Source: Centroscyllium fabricii
Lineage: Eukaryota
Reading direction: 5' to 3'
Assembly (NCBI GenBank): GCA_051313645.2
Contig: JBNRSN020000017.1
Span: 19,902,001-19,966,000, forward strand
Length of the DNA: 64,000 nt
Shown here: one piece after another, positions 12,319-25,156 of the stretch
How the letters are laid out: each line of letters begins with the position of its first letter
Numbering within the stretch: position 1 is the stretch's first letter
Translations under genes and position numbers: made by a program
Notes under the pieces: model-generated
Told to the model about the DNA's origin: nothing
Databases searched by the model: none
What the model saw: the letters and a program-made list of their open reading frames with translations, nothing else

Positions 12319-13116
12319 GGCATCAAATTTCATTGAGCCGTGAGGCGGGCTTTTCAATGGGGCAGACCGCAAAATTGCAAAACCAGGGTGTCCAGACCCC
12401 ACCCCCCCCCCCGCACCGCTGTTTTGCGATTTCCTGCCGCCGTGTCAACGTGCCCTGAATCTTTCCCGCTGGCGGGGATGGTTGTTAGGCTCATTAGGGA
12501 CCTTTAATTGGCATGTATAATGGCATTTTAAGGCCCCCCGCGATTTTGAAGCATTTCCCACCCATAACCCGCCAGCCTGAAACCCCGCCAGTGAAACCTG
12601 GCGGGGACACTACTGACTTCCTGACTATCATTCAAGCAGCTGCAGCAGAAGCCGTCCCTGGACTCCAGCCTGCATTGGGACTAACTATATCCCGAGGATG
12701 AATAAGATCAGTGGGGAAAAAACCTTTCAAAAACTCACCTTCCAGCTGATTTCTACTGATTGACAGATAGGTCTTCCCTAACTGTCAAGAGGTTGCCAGT
12801 GAAACACACTACTTAGACTCGTCAATCAAGGGCTTGTGGTTAGAGGGTATTGTGACATCACAAAGCACTGAGTCAACAGATACAAGCACTCCAAACTGCT
12901 TAGACTCGTCAATCAAGGGCTCTTGTGGGTACACAGCGCGAACCCTGCCGGCTTTCTGTCTTAAATCAGTCAATTAGCAGGGGTTCCCGCATGCAGGGAA
13001 TTAATTGCCAATTGAGCCAAAATTGCGTGGGCCTCCCAGGCCCTTCAACATTCGGGTCAGAAACCTAACCCGCCCGAAACCCGCCAATTTCCCGCACCTA
13101 TGGGAAAATTGACGCC
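12319..13116. mobile_element. PIF/Harbinger-type MITE
   Basis: TIRs GGCATCAAATTT / AAAATTGACGCC with TSD AAA; related to 3272-4042. Confidence 0.7.
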
Positions 13117-13604
13117 AAAGTTTCTATCCCCTAATCTACTTGGGGTCTAATCTGAGCTGTGCCGAGCTGGAAGGTACCATATGGAGTTAAGAGAGTGAGT
13201 CTCTGCGTAGGGTGGGGTAGGGGAATCAGATAGGCTGTCCTTGCTAGATTATTGCACTAACATTGGTCTAGGAACAGTATGACTACCTGCCTTTCCCATC
13301 ACCAAGCTGCACTGTCTAGCAGAATCTATTATATATCAGGAGGTTTTTCTTTGCTATGCAGAGGGTTATTTACACTTGGAATAAGTTAATGGCACATGTG
13401 GCAACAGTTCAAAAAAGGAGATGGCCGAGTACCCTGCTGTGACCAATATCACTGGGTTTAAAAGGTAGGTGGGATGTTAGTTATGTACAAGGCCACGGAT
13501 TCCTGAACTCATTTTGATTGCATAGGGGGCATCAAAGAGGATTACTTTCCCCTGAATTGGCCTAGGTTTTTAAAAATCTGTCTTTTTGTCTTTCCCCAGG
13601 AGAT

Positions 13605-13989
13605 TAGAAGATAGGAGCAGGAGTAGGCCATTCGGCCCTTCGAGCCTGGTCCGCCATTCAATGAGATCATGGCTGATCATCCAAACCCAGTACCCTGTCC
13701 CTGCCTTGTCCCCATATCCCGATCGAGCCTGCACCGACACATGTCCCACCCTATCCCCGTAACCCCACATATTCAATCCCCCAAACACTAAGGGTCAATT
13801 TATCCTGGCAAATCAACCTAACCCGCACATCTTTGGACTGTGGGAGGAAACCGGAGCACCCGGAGGAAACCCACGCAGACACGGGGAGAATGTGCAAACT
13901 CCACACAGATAGTACCAGAGGCTGGATTTGAACCCGGGCCCCTAGCGCTGTGAGGCAACAGTGCTAACCACTATGCCACCGTGCCGCCC
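13605..13989 (-). mobile_element. HE1-like V-SINE
   Basis: Reverse complement of the 1684-2090 family. Confidence 0.92.
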
Positions 13990-16002
13990 TTATATGGCTG
14001 CTGGTAGAAAGGAACACTGGGATCATGATAGTTACGTTGTGATTGTTTGGGACAGGCTCGATGGACCAACTTTTTCTGTCCGTCTTTTCATATGTTTGTA
14101 AATCAATACAAAAAATATATTTTGAGTATTTCATGGGCATCTAATAAATTTAACAGCAGGTGCAGCCCTGTTAATTTAATAAAAATCATAAATAATTAAA
14201 ATTAATGAAAAAAACTTCCTGGTTTTCTGAGACTTCCAGGGTTAATGAAAGTATTTGGCTACTTGCAGCGCATCCATCAAAGAAGAAAAAAAAGCACTTT
14301 GTCCAATTTTCTTTAAGTTATTACAGCACTCAAATGTCTTGCAGCTATGAATCTGTTACTTCAAACACTGGCTGCTGTAATGTGTATTCAGTTATACAAT
14401 CAACCAATAACCATGATGCTGGAAACATAAGCCCAGCTCCACAAATAGATCAACTATTTGTTCAGTTATCAGGGCAGAAAAGTACAAAAGAGTGCACACA
14501 AATGTATTTTGTGAAAGCAAAAGGACAAATGATGTCCAAAATGTAACTTGAAGCTCTCTGCTTCGCTTAGTGAAATTGCGATTCTCATCAATGTGTTACT
14601 GTATTAACCTATACATACCCCGTACTGTTCAATCTTTTCTGACCGCGAATTCAGCGACTCAACGTTAGTGGGGTTTACATGGTCCGCTAACAATTTGAGC
14701 TAAAACATAGTAGGAGGGTCTGTAACCCTCGTTTGTAAAGCAGAAGTGGATCCTTCTGTATACATTGGGTCAAATATACCCCACCCCCACAGAGTTCTAT
14801 TGGATCACTGGCAAACCTTTGGATACGAATCCCTGTGTTACGAAACAAGGTTAACAGAATGCACAAGTCTCAAGGGGATGTAAATAACTGCACAGCAATT
14901 CCCACTACTGAATAACACACTCGCAGCAAGCAAATAACCTATTAGCGCAGCAACCTAATTTGTTTACTGGGGACTTTGTCACAGCAGCGCTGCAGGTCAG
15001 CTATGCGATGCGTTGAATGGATATCTTTAAATCATGGCGTGTCCTGCAAAGTCCACTTCCACCAACACATTTTCTTTACTAAACTCAATCAGCTACTTAA
15101 GTGACAAAAGGAACATGCAGATTTAAAAAAACTTCAATCTGAATAATAATCAAATACAGCAATCAAAAACATGTTATGGACTTGCATCCAGCGGATAGAA
15201 CACGTCATGCACCTCACTAAGCTCACGAATTACTTTATACAAATAAAGGAACAAAAACACCTGGAACTCATCTATGAGGTTTCCTCCACGGGCCGGATGG
15301 CTTCTGGGAGAACTATAAAATATTTTTATGCTGCATTTATGACACAGTTCTGGCACTTGCACCAGCCTGGACATCAGTAACAACTCTAATGCAAATGAGG
15401 CAGTGCTACTGTCTCTGGAAGGACAGAATACCACCTCGAGGAGGTGCTTTACGAGTCTCCCCTACCCCCAACATTGCCAGAGGCACACTGCCACAAACAT
15501 GCAAGTGTAAATGAAAGTTGCTAAAAGATACTTTTCTTGCATTGTTGGCACGCACGAACCAATCTCCAATCTCAGGGAAGTTCCGCAGCCGTGAAATTAA
15601 AGCAACTTTTAACAATTGCAACTTGTGTTTACACAGGTGGAAAATGCCCCAAGGTGATTCCCAAAGGTGTAACAGAAACCAAGCGCCTAGTCAAAGTAGA
15701 ATAGGAGTGGTGACCAAAAGCTTAGTCAAAGAGTTAATGGCAATATTTTCCCTTTATTTCATAAGTAGCAAATTTATAAATACCTTTCTCACTCATGAAA
15801 GAACAGTAAAGACAATGTACTGACAAGGTACCGGATGAATTCCAAAGAGTACATCAGTTAATTATGGAAGGATCGTTGCCACACAATGCTACTCTGGAAA
15901 GTTGATACTTCAATTACAACGACTCCAAGCACAAATCTTGCCCATTTTCAATAGTTAATGTAACTTAGATGTCATGATAAATCTACTGATTACTTGACAA
16001 TA

Positions 16003-16263
16003 CAAGAAGTCACACAACACCAGATTATAGTCCAACAGTTTTATTTTAAATCACAAGCTTTCGGAGCTTCTGCCCCTTCGTCAGGTGAAAGAGACTGACT
16101 TAAAGAACGCACATGTGCGTTCTTTAAGTCAGTCTCTTTCACCTGACGAAGGGGCAGAAGCTCCAAAAGCTTGTGATTTAAAATAAAACTGTTGGACTAT
16201 AATCTGGTGTTGTGTGACTTCTTGCATTTGTCCACCCCAGTCCAACACCGGCACCTCCACATT
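16003..16263. mobile_element. Fold-back Penelope pseudo-LTR pair with two hammerhead motifs
   Basis: Near-perfect 111-bp inverted arms centred at 16113/16114; 14-bp TSD attacttgacaata. Confidence 0.88.
16052..16087 (-). ncRNA. Minimal hammerhead ribozyme, intact core, on the BAIAP2 pre-mRNA strand
   Basis: CAC-CUGACGA-A-GGGGC agaa GCUCC-GAAA-GCUU-GUG, with AAGCUU palindrome. Confidence 0.7.
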
Positions 16264-16557
16264 ATTACTTGACAATAGGCACTGCAGTACAACACAGGGA
16301 TTTTGGAATATGGAGTATGCTGTAGTTGAAGTAAAAACCTTCATATATACTAACATATACTATATTAAAGGATGTGTTCTGCAACATTAATACACCAGGA
16401 AGCTTTTAATAGTGCCTTGATATTGGGATCTTTAAATATTAGTGTGTATTACTTAACACGGTCATATTCTAATATTGAAAGAGTCCAATTTCAAGGCACA
16501 GGTTTCTTTACAACATAATGATGCAGTTATCAGCTGTCTGACTAATTACAGAAGACC

Positions 16558-16966
16558 TAGAAACATAGAAACATAGAAGATAGGAGCAGGAGTAGGCCAT
16601 TCGGCCCTTCGAGCCTGCTCCGCCATTCAATGAGATCATGGCTGATCATCCAAACCCTCTACCCCGCCCCTGCCCTCTCCCCATATCCCTCGATCCCTAT
16701 CGAGCCTGCACCGACACATATCCCACTCTACTCCCGTAACCCCACACAGTCAATCGCCCTAACACTAAGGGTCAATTTATCATGTCCAATCAACCTAACC
16801 CGCACATCTTTGGACTGTGGGAGGAAACCGGAGCACCCGGAGGAAACCCACGCAGACACGGGGAGAATGTGCAAACTCCACACAGATAGTACCCGAGGCT
16901 GGATTTAAACCCGGGTCTCCAGTGCTGTGAGGCAACAGTGCTAGCTACTGTGCCACCGTGCCGCCC
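16558..16966 (-). mobile_element. HE1-like V-SINE
   Basis: Full-length reverse copy with a short flanking aagac duplication. Confidence 0.92.
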
Positions 16967-18550
16967 AAGACGACAGTTGCTTTCCTGTCAGTCTATTATC
17001 TACAATACAGATTCAAACTTAATGCATGAAAAGTATCTTTACACACACTGTAAAACTTTGTCTAAAGAAAACTCTCTTTACACCATCCACAAATCACCCA
17101 GTAACGTGACAGTTTTAAATGAGATTAAGATTTACACTGTACGTACAATGTAGTTTGATCAAAGTCTCCAAAGCCATTTATTTTTTTTATCATCCGACGG
17201 CATATGTTCTTAAACAAAAAATAAGTTAACGAAACAATCTTTTTTAAGAAATCGATGGAAAATTAAGCATGCAGTCACTAATTAGTGAATCTCGTCATGT
17301 TAGCCTGCTCGCATCAGAGTTTCTTTTATGTTAAATGCAGTGTGACGAGCTCCATAGCTACTGATTTCACTCAACTGTCATTAACAGGCCTAGGAAAACA
17401 CAGCTGGAATACAAGGAAATTGTCTGTTTCTGATTAGCTGTTCTGCCCAAAATGAAAGGGATTTGGACTGTGATGTCCTTACTTATCTGCACATCTTATT
17501 ATCAATGCTTGATGCAGTCACCACGTTTCACTCCAAACACTTCAGTGCATTTGCAGCACATTAGATTTTTCACATAGCTCGCTAATCAGTGTTTCAGTCA
17601 GTCGTTAACTTTCCTGCAAGCAAGACCCAGTATATAAAACAGAAAAGCAGGCCTCTTGCCAGCAAATGAACCAACCTGAAATACGGTAGAAAAAAACATG
17701 TTTTGCCAGAAGAGCCACAGGAATTGAATGTCATTTATGGGTTTGACTGGCAAATACTAAGGTTCTGTGACTGATCTTGTCAGGGTTGAACTAGAATTAC
17801 TAGACACACAGTCATTATTCTGCCGGTCAGAAGGTCTATTTTTGGAATTTTAAAGGAGAGAAAAATGTCAGCAGTTTCCACAAACAGGACAGCTGCTGCT
17901 GGCATCTCAAAACTGTTCAAAAGACAAACTGCTCGGACAGACAGTCATTACTCTCGCCCAATGCCATCAAAAAACAATTTTCCCCACTGAAAATAAGCTA
18001 AAATCAGGAATAAAATGTTACTTTCAGACAGCAGCAATATATTTTTTTTAACCACCGATTGCTTCAGCCAATTTAAAAGCTGGCTCGGACAAATAGGGAA
18101 CTTCGCAGGTGTTCAGAACCACTTAGTGTTGTTAGAACTTTTAACCTGTTCCAATATGTATCACACACATACACAAAAATACCTTCCCACTCCCTTCTGA
18201 TATTTCAGGTACAGTAATGCTTTCAAACACTGTACAACTGTTTAAAGCCCCAAGCAAATTCATATCCAACTCAACATAAACATCATAAATCTTCCCACTG
18301 ATCATTTAAAAGCACGGTTAATGGACACTTGGATGTATTCTTTAATGGAAGAAGACTTAAGAGGGCATCCAATATCCATTAACTTGCTGCAAGCTTCAGA
18401 TTCAATTTGAAATCAAACCACTATGTTCTGGTAAGTTGCAAATCCTATTGCTACTGCACTTGAAGATTTCAACTTCAAAATGGATGCAACTCAGACTACT
18501 CGTGATAAAGTTCATAACCAGGCTAATGCAATGTAACTGCTGTAGGCTTT

Positions 18551-18925
18551 GGCCTAAAGTTTCATGTCCAAGTGAGGCGGGGTTTTTGGCGGGTCGGATG
18601 GCAAAAATAGCGTAACCGGTGGGTCCCGACCCCCACCCCCCGCCGGATCCCTGCCGCTTTTCCATTTTCCGCCGCCCTGTCTCCCCGCCCCGAATCCTTC
18701 CTGCCGGCGGCGATGGTCACTAAGCTCATTAAGAACCCTTAATTGGCATCTGTAATGCCATTTTAAAGGCCCTTGGCAATTTTCAACCCCTTCCCACCCT
18801 AATCCCACCATCCTAAAACCCCGCTGGTGAAAACCCAGTGGGAGCACAGTGGTCTTGCTAACTTTCTCCTTCAAGGTGTTGAAGGACTTAGAGCAAAATG
18901 CTTCCCAGGCCGTCAACACCCTGCT
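18551..18925. mobile_element. Harbinger-type MITE half (one end only)
   Basis: Reverse homology to ~3700-4042. Confidence 0.65.
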
Positions 18926-19551
18926 AGTGCTCCAATGTCAATAATCAGGTCTTCATTGTCAGTGCAAATATGAAGTGCTATTATTGGGTACACGATTCAG
19001 GACAACCTATAAAATAAATTAAATACAAAAGGAAACTTTGATTCTGAAAAGAAATTCAAATAAAGCATCAGATACAAAGGGATAAGGTGGGTACAAATGT
19101 TACGGTTGGCTGTTTTACTTGAGAGAATGTCAAGTGAAATGAAAATAACGTCCAAAATACCAAACAGATAAGCTTCTGTGGTGAGAAGCTCATAAGGTAA
19201 AAGTAACAATAATTTTCCTTTTGATTACAATACGCTGCCCAAGCCAGTAATTCAAAGTTTTAGTTTTCCAGTTGATATTTCAAGAAAAAAATGTAATAAT
19301 GTATGTGATCGTAGTTTAAGTGATTCTGAAACGGACTTTTCCCACTTACAGAGCTACGTAATCAATGGTCATTTATCAGACTCTACAAACCCTTCCATTG
19401 CCCAATTGTGTGAAGGTTTGCATGGTGTCGGCCTAGAGCACGCAAAATACTAAACGTGCACGCCCACCAATCAGGAATAAGCTGCTACAGACAGAACACA
19501 GAGCAAGAAAAGAAAAGGCTTGGCACACATCAGCAACGATGTACGGGGAGA

Positions 19552-19580
19552 ACTCACCTGGAAATTACAAAAAAAAACAT
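19552..19580 (-). promoter_or_regulatory. Candidate recursive splice site in BAIAP2 intron 3
   Basis: Minus strand reads gtttttttttgtaatttcCAG|GTGAGT; junction at 19558/19557. Confidence 0.4.
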
Positions 19581-20473
19581 CATGCTCACAGAACATTAAA
19601 AAAAATACTGGGACAAAACTTTAAGAGCAAATAAATCCATCTAACCAAAAGACTGCTAACTGTTGTGGCCAGTTTCTGTTTCATATCCAACTTAGTAAAG
19701 ATGTTTGCATCATTCAAGTCAATCAGCTTTATTAAACTGTACTATCACCATTACATGTTTTTTAGCTCAAAGGTGATCGCTCTATTTGCAACAATCTTGC
19801 TAAACTATGGGAAAACTGTAAGGGTTAATGCTAAGAACCATGTGTACTTCACGGTGCAGCAGTAATACTGGACCAAAGAATCTTTCACGGTTAGCATCTC
19901 GTCCCAATTAATGTCCAACGCTAGGTATAACCAGGCTTGTCAATGTCAAATGGAAAGTAATGTTGTTGACAAGATAAAGGACCTTCAAGGGAGACATAAC
20001 TCTTATTGATCCTGTCTTCGTGTTGTCATTCAAAATGAAGGAAAGCTTTTTTTATGCAACTAATGAGCAGATCTATCCTTCGTCAAGTAATTAAAATGTG
20101 CTCATTATAAGTGTGCCTGCCTAAAGTATCAATATCAAAAAAGAGAATCCTTGCAATACAAAGCATCATTCAGATTGGTCAAGATAGCATGAAAGGTGGG
20201 AGAAGGAAGCTTACTTTGAGAATCAAATGCATCAAAGATGATATTTTGATGCAGATGATTAGACCGCTTCAGATGCACAGAAGGCTTTTGATAGAGGGTG
20301 AGTTTACAGGAGTTCAATGAGATTCTGATAAATCTGTAGATGAGTCCAAAAAGTTGAAGGAATGAACAGCTTCTGAAGCAGGACTTCTAAGCTGAGAAAG
20401 TGTTTAGAGTGAGACTTTAAAAACTGCAGCTAGAGATAGGCAAATGGTTCAGTGTATCACTTGTATATGTTAA

Positions 20474-21082
20474 TGCAGGGGGGAAAGAGTTGGGCTGACG
20501 TCACTGGCAGTTTCACCGAGTTGTGTAATAAAGACAATAATCTAATAGGTCTTTTGCAGTAGTAGGCTTTTTCTGGGTTGCTGAGCTGGCAGTTGAGATG
20601 ACCTAGCCGGACATGGAACCCTAAAGAGGCCTGGAGGATGTGGGTTCTGTTCTGGCAGGAAAGTGGAACAATGTGTTGGAAGTAAAGCGGCCTAGAGAGG
20701 CAGGAAAGGAGGACAATGAGTCGGAAGTACAATGTTGATGAGACCCCATCTGGCATAAACAAAGGTCATAGGTGCAACAACAGCTTGTGGGATAACGGAC
20801 ATATACCTTTTCGGTAATAAAGGCGGTACTTTAATGCAACGCGGCATAGGCAACCAATCAGTGAAGAAGCATGCGGGCCAAGGTCCAATCAGGTGGCAGG
20901 AATGAATTTTGAATGAGCTGGACATATGTGTCATAATGTATAGAAATGTAGTGTTTTCAGTACCAATTTGGAAAAGTCTGGCCAAGACAGAGCAGACTGT
21001 TTCCCCACCGGTGCAATAAAGACAATTTGACTATCGATCTAAAACCTTGTGTCAAGTGTTGGTTTTAAAATACTCCACTACA
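20474..21082 (+). mobile_element. Probable solo LTR
   Basis: Termini TGCAGGGG...CCACTACA; flanks GTTAA/GTTAC. Ordered motifs: CRE (20496-20503), two CCAAT boxes, TATA-like TATAGAA, AATAAA (~21015), then a GT-rich U5-like end. Confidence 0.55.
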
Positions 21083-22709
21083 GTTACATTTCCAAGAACA
21101 GAAGCAAAGTCATTTCTACTGAAAGTGAAATTAAAAAAAATAGGAGGGAAAATGCTACGACAGCAGATGGGCATTCACTGCGCTAACAACCCAGGGAATA
21201 GCACAACAATCCCAGAGGGAGGGGAGACCATCAACTCCTCTATGCCGATTCGGAAGGATAAGGTCGTATAAGATCTGAGAATCAAAGCTAAAAACTTCAA
21301 ACTTATTAGCAATAAGCTGAACTAACATTACCTTGTTAACTCGTCAATCTAACTTAACTAATCTTATGCCAATCTTGGATAATGAGCAGAATATCAAATT
21401 GTAATAAGGTAGAGCCCAGCTGTCACAGTTACAGAGATATATATACTTGCCTTTGTAACCTTGTATTAATTCAGTTACTGTACTAACATCTACTCAAGTA
21501 CCTTGGGTACTTTTAATGCTTATTAAAATGCTAAATATACTATCATAAAAGTGTGTTAATAAAGAAATGTTAGTTCATGATTTTGTTGTCAGACTTCCTC
21601 TTTGATGACTTTGGCAAGCAGAAGTTAACTCATTCATTCAGTAGTGTACTGGTTCTCTGAAGGGTGGTTGGTTATATTAGTTATAATTTGTACCGGTTAA
21701 TGCAAGACAGCTCAACTGAGCCACATCTAGCAATCCCTAGGCATGATGGTAAGTTGCCAAATGGTTCTATTGATGGGCAATTATGGTGAAGGAGTTAAAG
21801 ATCTGTCTGAACTTGGGTATAGGTTTACTCACCACAGTACACTGCATGTCAAATTTTGTATTGTCTTCAGTTAACCACATATGAACGCACACACTTGACA
21901 ACTAAATGATAACTGCAACCATCAGTTTTGGTACAAAATTAAATGTAGAATAATACAACATGGCTTTACAAAAGCATTGCAACTACTGAACTACACAAAC
22001 TGAAGTGTTTATTCTGCCCATTCAGGAAGCTTGAAATTATGGCCTTTTTCACCCCAGTTATAACTATGGACTTTAAAGTTAGAAGATCTTCTTGCCCTGG
22101 AATTAATATTGAATATTCTCAATTTATGAAACCATCATTCCGAGGTAAACTAGCTGCATTGTATTTCAAGTGCAAATATTCTGTAACGTTTGTTTTTCCA
22201 ATTTCTTTATGGATGAAAATACATCCACATTTCCTCAGAGCATGTACTTACTTACTAATTGGAGTGTACTCCGTGTTAAATACTCGTCCTTGATGCATCT
22301 CAGGTTATTTTTTTCCAACACAGTGTTTAGAAAGCTTTGAAAAAAAAGCATCTGAAGTGCTGGTGTGTGGAGAGCCCTGTTGATACGCCATGTGGTGTGT
22401 GGAAAGGAAAGCAGATGTGTCCCAGTGAGATCAGCCGAGGGGATTCCCATGGAGCAGGCCTGCTTCCTAGCATTGATTGCAAAGGGAGTACACCAACAAG
22501 AGGTTGATTTTAATTTTTTTTAAATTTGCTGTGCTTCAGCACAATTTTGGTGAACAGAAGGATGGATTTTATTCAGTGTGAAAACAGACGTCAATTCTAG
22601 GGCACGGAGTGCAAGAGCGGTCAGAGGGTTTACAGGAGGCCCAGGGAAAGATGATTTATAAAAGATTGAGAAAAATACCCGAGACAGAGCTGGGGGCAGA
22701 CACAAATTA

Positions 22710-23235
22710 CAGGTTGTGCACCATTAATCCGCCACGGGCGGGACCAGGCCCGTGCCGGGAAACAGAAAAAACCGGGAGAACGAGGTTGGACACTGCGCAT
22801 GCGCACCATTCAAAATGGCCGCGCGCATGCGCACAACATTGGGATTGGCTGGCGCGCGCATGCGCAGATCGGGCACGGGTCCACATTCCCTCTCCATCGC
22901 CTTTCGGGTTGCTGCTGCCGCCGAGCCGGACTCAGGCTGACAGCTGTTGCCTAGTGACTGTCCGCCTCAGTCACGGGGCTCAGCTGTCGGGAAAATAACC
23001 GGCGGCCGTATTGAATTATCTGCGCATGCGCTAACAGTCCGGCGACGCATGCGCAGATCATTCAAAACTCCCGCCACTGTTTTGAATGATCTGCGCATGC
23101 ACTCGGCGCATGCGCAGATCATTCGCTGAAGCCACGATGGCGGCGGCCATCTTGCGCATGCGCAGTGGGGGCAATTTGTGCCGGCAGACTGAAGCTGCCG
23201 GCTATTCAGGACACGGATTTTCGGTGCACAACCTG
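22710..23235. mobile_element. Tigger-type MITE, copy 2 (opposite orientation)
   Basis: TA|CAGGTTGTGCACC...GGTGCACAACCTG|TA, with the same internal motifs. Confidence 0.9.
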
Positions 23236-23924
23236 TATTTACATTTCTAAACAGATTCAATCGTGTTGATCTTTCAAATTTAAATGGATAGACCTCGAAT
23301 TGGTGGTGGTGGGGGGAGGAAAGAGAAGGGGTTGCAGATATTTTTCCCATTGGTGTGAATGTTTGCTGCCTTTAACAATATTGTCAACAAAAATCTATTT
23401 AGCAGTCTATCTTGATGACTATTAACGCATGGTGGCACCAACGAATGGCATTACTAATCTACCGTGACCAGAACTACCAATAATTTTGACCTAAACTTTA
23501 ATATATTCTTTTAAATTAATATCTATATTTAACACTAATGTCTGTAACCTCTGGTTGCAGCAGTTACCCTTTGTTCTGCTGATGGAGAGACTAAAAGCTC
23601 AACCCACCGGTACAGACAGCAATGCGGGGGTGGGGAATGTCCGATAACCAGAAATGAAAATCATGATGCATAATGTCTAGCTAACTGCATGCCTGATGCT
23701 TGTGAAATTTTTCAGACAAAGTAAATGAGCTAATTCCACTGCACCAGCCAAAATGGTTACGGATCAGCTTCATGTAGGAATGGCTGGCAAATGCCAAGCA
23801 TTGGGTAGCAGTGTGACTTGACCTGGCAACTACAGCGCCAAAAAGTGCATATCCTTAGCCACCTCAAGTTTAAACTTACTGTCAGGGAAGTCAAATTAAT
23901 TTGAAACAATTACATAGAAACATT

Positions 23925-24815
23925 GGGCCCCGTCTTCCTGTGGCCCGATTGCTGCGGGTGCGTGCAGACGTGCACCCGCGGCGCACCCGCACGTGATTTT
24001 TTTTTTTCTCAGCGGGACTTCCTGTGGGAAATCCCGTTTTTTCTTCGTTCGGAGTGGACGTCTTTTTTTTGGTCCGGGGTGAAAGCCACGCCCCGAGGTC
24101 GGCTTTACCCCCGAACGAAACACAGTATCGGCCAGCGGGATGAAGATTATCAGGTAGGGAAGCACCTTTTTTTTGTTTTTTTTAAGTTTGTAGGAAGCTG
24201 GGTTTTTTAAGTTTCTGCCTTTTTTGCTGATAGGGTTTTTTTTGCTCCAAGTAAAAAAAACAGGTTTAAAGTTATTTTTTTTTATTCCTTTGGAGATATT
24301 TGTTTGTGGTCTTACAGCTTGTAAATGTGAAGGTTTTTATATATTTTGGTGATAGTGAAAAAAATCGGGGATTTGAACGCGATGTCAGCCGCTCTGAGAG
24401 CTCTCAGAACGGCTGACATCGCGTTCAAATTCCCGATTTTTTTAACTATCACCAAAATATATATAAACCTTCACATTTACAAGCTGTAAGACCACAAACA
24501 AATATCTCCAAAGGAATAAAAAAAAATAACTTTAAACCTGTTTTTTCACTTTTCAAAGCTGCCTGCAGCTTCTTACGCCTCCTTTTTATATGGGCAGCAA
24601 AAGAGAGGCTTCCCCACGTTGTACACCCGTATATTGAGCAGCTGACTACAGGAAGTCTGCAACTCAAGGTCTTCATGGGGAGGAAGCTGAAGCCCCTTGC
24701 CCATCAGCACAGGAAGTTCACGTTTCTGGTAATCACCCGAGCTGCCCCCCACGAGGCATTTCTGACCCCCCTTCATGGGGGTGCAGCTCTTCTGGAGCAC
24801 AGGAAGACAGGGCCC
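23925..24815. mobile_element. Harbinger-type MITE with an internal ~292-bp palindrome, inserted in a SINE tail
   Basis: TIRs GGGCCCCGTCTTCCTGTG / CACAGGAAGACAGGGCCC; splits the atagaaacat|agaagatagg tail. Confidence 0.85.
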
Positions 24816-25053
24816 ACAGAAGATAGGAGCAGGAGTAGGCCATTCGGCCCTTCGAGCCTGCTCCGCCATTCAATGAGATCATGGCTGATCATCCAAACCC
24901 AGTACCCTACCTTGTCCCCATATCCCTCGATCCCTATCGAGCCTGCACTGACACATATCCCACCCTATCCCCGTAACCCCACATATTCTATCCCCCGATC
25001 ACTAAGGGTCAATTTATCATGGGCAATCAACCTAACCCGCACATCTTTGGACT
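24816..25053 (-). mobile_element. 5'-truncated HE1-like SINE
   Basis: 3' half of the family consensus. Confidence 0.9.
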
Positions 25054-25084
25054 GCCCTCAACTGCCCTGCATGGGAGAGCGGAC

Positions 25085-25156
25085 ATGAAGCAACACCAGC
25101 GAGTTCACACTGATGAGAGAGCGTTTACATGTTCCGACAGTGGGAAGAGCTTTAAA
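25085..25156 (+). pseudogene. C2H2 zinc-finger gene fragment
   Basis: MKQHQRVHTDERAFTCSDSGKSFK: HxxxH, a linker and a degenerate CxxC; isolated. Confidence 0.55.
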
